Assembly: GCF_006345805.1 (NCBI RefSeq)
Contig: NW_021826116.1
Coordinates: 1-13,717, forward strand
From: Octopus sinensis
Taxonomy: Eukaryota
DNA length: 13,717 bases
Reading direction: 5' to 3'
Shown: positions 8,862 through 13,717 of the stretch, piece by piece
Position numbering within the stretch: the first letter of the stretch is position 1
Layout of the letters: each line of letters opens with the position of its first letter
The notes under the pieces: generated by a model
Databases searched by the model: none
Told to the model about the DNA's origin: nothing
The model's input: the letters and a program-made list of their open reading frames with translations, nothing else
Program-made: the position numbers and the translations under genes

Positions 8862-9255
8862 TCTTTATATATAAAAGTGAAGTTGTGTCTGTCTCCGACG
8901 ATTTAGATTCCAAACTACTCCCACATTTTGCGGTGCAGTTTAACCAAAACCGGGTATCTTATGGATCGTGATTTATATCGAGCCCTTCTGGGTATTAGCG
9001 CGCGTCTACGATGAGTCTACGATTTAAAAAAAATTTACCATCATTTTTTTCCATTTTGATGCATTTTTTTGCTATTATATAAGGGAAGTAACTCCCTAAA
9101 AATGTCTACGATGAGTCAACGATTTAAAATATAATTTACCATAATTTTTTTCCATTTTTAATGCATTTTTTTGCTATTTTTGGCTATAACTCTCTAAAAA
9201 TGCCTATATAGTTATTTCCCTTACAAACCCGAGCAACGCCGGGCGATACTGCTAG
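8862..9255 (+). mobile_element. Non-autonomous Helitron (394 bp)
   Basis: Starts TC after A8861 (TCTTTATATATAAAAG). 3' hairpin CCCGAGCAACGCCGGG at 9228-9243, 8-nt spacer, terminal CTAG at 9252-9255, followed by T. No TSD. Confidence 0.9.
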
Positions 9256-9281
9256 TGTAATATAATATAATATATATAATA

Positions 9282-9320
<39 letters not shown>

Positions 9321-9329
9321 CATATAGCT

Positions 9330-9360
<31 letters not shown>

Positions 9361-9416
9361 GTGTGTGTTTGTTTGTGTGTGTGTGTGTGTATGTGCGTGT
9401 AAGTATGTATGTATAT
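9256..9416. repeat. AATAT/(TA)n/(GT)n/(GC)n compound microsatellite
   Basis: Directly visible. Confidence 0.95.
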
Positions 9417-9560
9417 AAACAGAATTACGTTTGGTGTTTTTCAGAAACGTCGAATGCTTATCTTCCAATACAGACAAGAAAGAGATATTTTCGAACGCAG
9501 CATCAGAGTTGTCAAACAGCAAAAAAGTTGTCAACAAACATCCACACACACGGACACATG

Positions 9561-9777
9561 CTCTTTTACTCTTTAACTCGTTTCAGTCATTTGACTGTGA
9601 CTATGCTTGAGCACCGCATTTAGTCAAGCAAAATTGGCACCAGGACATATTCTTTGTAAGCCTAGTACTTATTCTATCGGTCCCTTTTGTCGAACCGGTA
9701 AGATACGGGGACGTAAACACACCAGCATCGGTTGTCAAGCTATGATGGGGGGGGGACAAACACAGACGCACAAACAT

Positions 9778-9808
<31 letters not shown>

Positions 9809-9980
9809 TATATATCTGTATATACATACACATATACGGCGAGATTCTTTCAGTTTCCGTCTACCAAATCCATTCACAAGGCTTTGGTCGGCCCGAGGCT
9901 ATAGGTGCCACGCAGTGGGACTGAACTCGGAACCATGTGGTTGGTAAGCAAGCTACTTACCACACAGCCACTCCTAGGCC
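9561..9980 (-). mobile_element. tRNA-derived SINE, family 2, full length with a 19-nt deletion in the CORE-like segment
   Basis: Reverse complement aligns along its length to 4441-4878; B box GAGTTCAGTCCC at 9928-9917; internal (TA)/(GT) tract. Confidence 0.92.
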
Positions 9981-9982
9981 TA

Positions 9983-9986
9983 TGTA

Positions 9987-10022
<36 letters not shown>

Positions 10023-10119
10023 TAGGTAGATAGCTAGGTATATATAAATACACATATGTATATTCATGCTCACATATATTTATGCATACACAAATAGATA
10101 AATATATATATATATATGC

Positions 10120-10160
<41 letters not shown>

Positions 10161-10443
10161 TAAAAGTATGTGTATTTATACATACCTACCTATCTACATG
10201 CTTACACGCACACACATAATTATGTAAGTACAACCATATATTTTTCTGTCTCTCTCTCTCTCTCCACTTCTTCTCTGTCTATCTCTCTCTCTCTCCTCCT
10301 TTCTCTGTCTCACTCACCCACCCACTCTCTCGCTCTCTCTACACACTCATATATATATATACACACATATATATATATATATAATAATATATATATATAT
10401 TATATATATATATAATATATATATATATGTATATGTATATATA
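9983..10443. repeat. Mosaic of (TA)n, (CA)n and (CT)n microsatellites
   Basis: Directly visible; (CT)-rich block at about 10245-10340. Confidence 0.93.
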
Positions 10444-10835
10444 GGAGGGAGTGACATACGATAAATAGATTTCTACACGAATACGCATGCGCACACATGA
10501 ACCTATACATAAGCATCTATCTTCGAGGATGAGTAAAAAGAAATATAAAATGCCTGAGGATATAATAAACTTTGTTAATTAACAATTTACGTCATCATAA
10601 TAATTTCAATGATACTGAACAATGCGGACACAAAGAATTATCTTCTATTATACGAAATTCTTGTAAATGAATTTATTTAATTAATTAATTAATTAAAATA
10701 ATAATGGCATGATTAATAGAATTGGCTTTTATATCATAGATTTCATGCTCAGGTATTAGACAGTGCAAAAATTATTTCAACATTCTTGAAGAACTGTAGA
10801 AAAATGATTTATCTTTTCTCCAATATACACATCGG

Positions 10836-10899
10836 TTACATACATACATATATACATACATAGATACCTCCATATATATATATATATATTATATATATA

Positions 10900-10958
<59 letters not shown>

Positions 10959-11363
10959 CTATATATATATATCTATGTTGTAGTATGTATGTATGTATAT
11001 ACGTATATATATATAAATGTGTGTGTAGATAAAACGTATATGTGTATTTATATTTTCTGATACATACGTAATAAAATACCATACGCTGGTATACATAATT
11101 CATACAAACTAAACGCTATACACATACACACGTGCAAATTTCTATTCATGTATGTATGGATTTGCAAAATCGACGCATTTAACATACATATATTTCATAT
11201 GCACATTTCAATTTGAATATGTGAATACATACATATTTAAAGACGTGTGTGTATGTATATATATACATACATACACACACATACACACACACATATATAT
11301 ATATATATATATGCATATACATACATGTGTAAATATATTTATATGTATATATGTATGTATGTG

Positions 11364-11401
<38 letters not shown>
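10836..11401. repeat. Mosaic of (TA)n, (TACA)n, (CA)n and (TATG)n microsatellites
   Basis: Directly visible; explains the YI/IY pseudo-ORFs here. Confidence 0.93.
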
Positions 11402-11403
<2 letters not shown>

Positions 11404-12012
11404 GTATGAATCCGTTGCAAAATACTTGAATGTTATTTAGCATTTAGCTATATTCTGAGGCAGAGTAGCAGATGAAGAGAAAGAAGGAAAAGCTAAAATG
11501 GCTACTAATGGGGGAATATTTAAAACTTTATTTGTCACTTCAGATGGCGTGTTAGTTTTACCACTCCATTACTGTTCAGAATCTCCACACGGTGGAGCAA
11601 CTCAATACTGTCGTTATATTATCGTTATGGTTCATGGCGTGTTATTTTGTACAAAACATATTATCCAAATCGAGGCTAGTCATTTTGGCACCCTCCATAA
11701 GATGGCGTCAGGTAGCAGTCATCCTGTAGAATGTAGTTATTTCAACGGAAATATTTAATCGTATCGAGTTAATGGTCTTACGTTACGTGTGAGTTTTGGT
11801 GATGGGCACAAGTGGTACAGAATGGAGATATTGTATAAGGTGTAATTGTGCAGAGATCAGCCAGGTATCAAAAAACTACTTACGTCTATGAATCGAGTGT
11901 GTTGGAAGTACTTGCTGTTTGAAAGGTAGGTACTCTCCGTAGACGGAATATAACATTAATCATTGTATTGCTTTTATATTGAGATCTATCGAAAAGTTTT
12001 TAGAATGAACAC

Positions 12013-12048
<36 letters not shown>

Positions 12049-12090
12049 CACACATAGACACACATACGCTCACACATACACAAATACACA
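12013..12090. repeat. (CA)n microsatellite, degenerate at the 3' end
   Basis: Directly visible. Confidence 0.93.
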
Positions 12091-12165
12091 TATATTCCAC
12101 AATGATGGAATAGTCGCACGTGTAAATCTGATTCTTTGTTACCAGCCATGTCGTAATAGCTCAAA

Positions 12166-12215
12166 TACTACTACTACTACTACTACTAGTAGTAGTACTA
12201 CTGCTGCTGCTGATG

Positions 12216-12261
<46 letters not shown>

Positions 12262-12278
12262 TACTACTTCTACTACTA
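12166..12278. repeat. (ACT)n microsatellite with (AGT)3, (GCT)n and (ACC)n interruptions
   Basis: Directly visible. Confidence 0.96.
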
Positions 12279-12284
12279 TTACAG

Positions 12285-12461
12285 TTTGGCCATCACTATA
12301 TACCCAATTCTATGGCGATGAGGACAGATTCCTTATGTATAACTGTCCGATCTCATCGTGTCCACATACGTGGGACTATGATGCTCACCACTATCTCAGA
12401 GACTTACGATCCTTCGAAACTGACACTAGTGACAGCAAAATCAGGATCAGAAACAGAACTG
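12285..12461 (+). CDS. Candidate symmetric (phase 1-1) internal exon, unidentified
   Basis: TATTACAG| acceptor, ACTG|GTAAAT donor, 177 nt open: xWPSLYTQFYGDEDRFLMYNCPISSCPHTWDYDAHHYLRDLRSFETDTSDSKIRIRNRT. No confident homology. Confidence 0.25.
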
Positions 12462-12688
12462 GTAAATCTATTAAGCGTGCGATCACCGTAGATCTTTTCA
12501 CGAATATACGATGGACATTTAATGTACAATTGTTAGTGAGAGTATATATACATATATATATATATATATATTTATAACAGCGGAAAGTTGTAAGGTACCG
12601 CACAAGTGGAAATATATATTAAAGAAGGTTTGAAAATGGAATATTAAACATTCTTTCATACACACACACACACACATATATATATATA

Positions 12689-12830
12689 GGCGCAAGATAG
12701 CTGTGTTGTAAGTAGCTTATTTACCAACCACATGGTCCTGAGTAAGTTTCTTCTACTATAGCCTCGAGCCGACCAAAGCCTTGGAGAGTGGATTTTGCAG
12801 ACGGAAACTGAAAGATGCTCATCGAATATA
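12689..12830 (+). mobile_element. tRNA-derived SINE, family 2, 5' half only, B box deleted
   Basis: GGCGCAAGATAGCTGTGTTGTAAGTAGCTTATTTACCAACCACATGGTCC..CTTCTACTATAGCCTCGAGCCGACCAAAGCC..GACGGAAACTGAAAGA aligns to 4441-4605 with a ~27-nt gap. Ends at the internal (TA)n. Confidence 0.88.
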
Positions 12831-13008
12831 TATATATTATATATATAATTCTGAGTTAGAGGTTATGCAACTGTCTAACCGTTGATCTACTGGTATCCGT
12901 GGCACTACTGGAGCATTACGTAACTATGTATAGGTCTTGTTGTAAGGTTATGGTATTTGGTAATTTAAAGGGTAAACCGTGGTTTAATATATTCAGATAG
13001 GATAAGAG

Positions 13009-13358
13009 AAGAAATGGAGCAACATGTAACATTTAGAAGTTGATCATTAGTATTGAATGATCATAGTTAAATCATGGTTAAAATAACATTTTCAGCTGCT
13101 TCAATATATGTTTTTCGATAAACGCAAGTCTCCATGTTACAAACATCATCAGAACGATTTGAACGTCACCATAGGAATATTGACAAGACATCGAAGGTTG
13201 ACAGGGAAAAAAGGTAAAAGAAAAAAGAAAACGGATGAACGAGGTAAACGCAAGTTTGCCTCCAAAACCAAAATGAAACAGCTGTAAATGTTATCTTAAC
13301 CATAATTAAACTATGATCATTCAATACTAACGACCGGCTTCTAATTGCTCCATTTCTT
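13009..13358. mobile_element. Foldback element / putative MITE with 85-bp inverted arms
   Basis: 13009-13103 vs reverse complement of 13274-13358: 76/85 match plus a 10-nt insertion (13023-13032) in the left arm. 170-nt non-coding spacer. Confidence 0.8.
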
Positions 13359-13361
13359 ATA

Positions 13362-13429
<68 letters not shown>

Positions 13430-13439
13430 AATATATTAT

Positions 13440-13501
<62 letters not shown>

Positions 13502-13532
13502 GTGTGTGTGTGTGTGTGTGTGGGTGTGTGTG
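13359..13532. repeat. (TACA)n-(TA)n-(TG)n microsatellite
   Basis: Directly visible. Confidence 0.96.
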
Positions 13533-13717
13533 CACATACATCTTGTAATGTTATAATATATCCAGAAAGTTGAAGCACACTGTTATCATCAAAGTTATGG
13601 TGAACCGCAAGAAGTGATAAAGAAAAAAAAAATCAACAACCTAGGATTGAAATATTCCTAGTGTATTTCATCCGATGGGTAAATCTTGCTTTCACTTGTA
13701 TGGAATATATTGAGTGG

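Noticed and set aside
9004-9201. CRISPR-like or other prokaryotic repeat array
   Set aside because: Two adjacent 100-bp units with no spacers, inside a Helitron in eukaryotic DNA.
11498-11758. 86-aa ORF, and the antisense peptide DDCYLTPSYGGCQND resembling a Kunitz YGGC motif
   Set aside because: The antisense frame stops immediately and lacks the other Kunitz cysteines; the ORF has no recognisable motif.
11963-12577. 204-aa ORF as a mucin-like protein
   Set aside because: The HT and poly-Thr stretches come from (CA)n and (ACT)n repeats; only 12285-12461 is kept as a candidate.

Overview
AT-rich animal non-coding DNA. The SINE families and very high microsatellite load look like an octopus (cephalopod) genome; this is recognition from memory, not a database hit. 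No intact protein-coding gene can be supported, and most listed ORFs are read-throughs of (TA)n, (CA)n, (TAA)n or (ACT)n repeats. The window is a dense patchwork of transposon remnants: two 5'-truncated non-LTR retrotransposons with a CCHC knuckle and restriction-like endonuclease (R4/Dong type) head-to-tail across a (TAA)n array; six tRNA-derived SINE copies from three families; two internally deleted Tc1/mariner elements that keep both TIRs and TA target sites; a 394-bp non-autonomous Helitron with canonical ends and an internal 100-bp tandem duplication; and a ~350-bp foldback/MITE with 85-bp inverted arms. The most unusual structure is a 209-bp piece of one R4-like family spliced, with junction microhomology and no apparent loss of host sequence, into the other R4-like family. 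A few possible exons are reported at low confidence.
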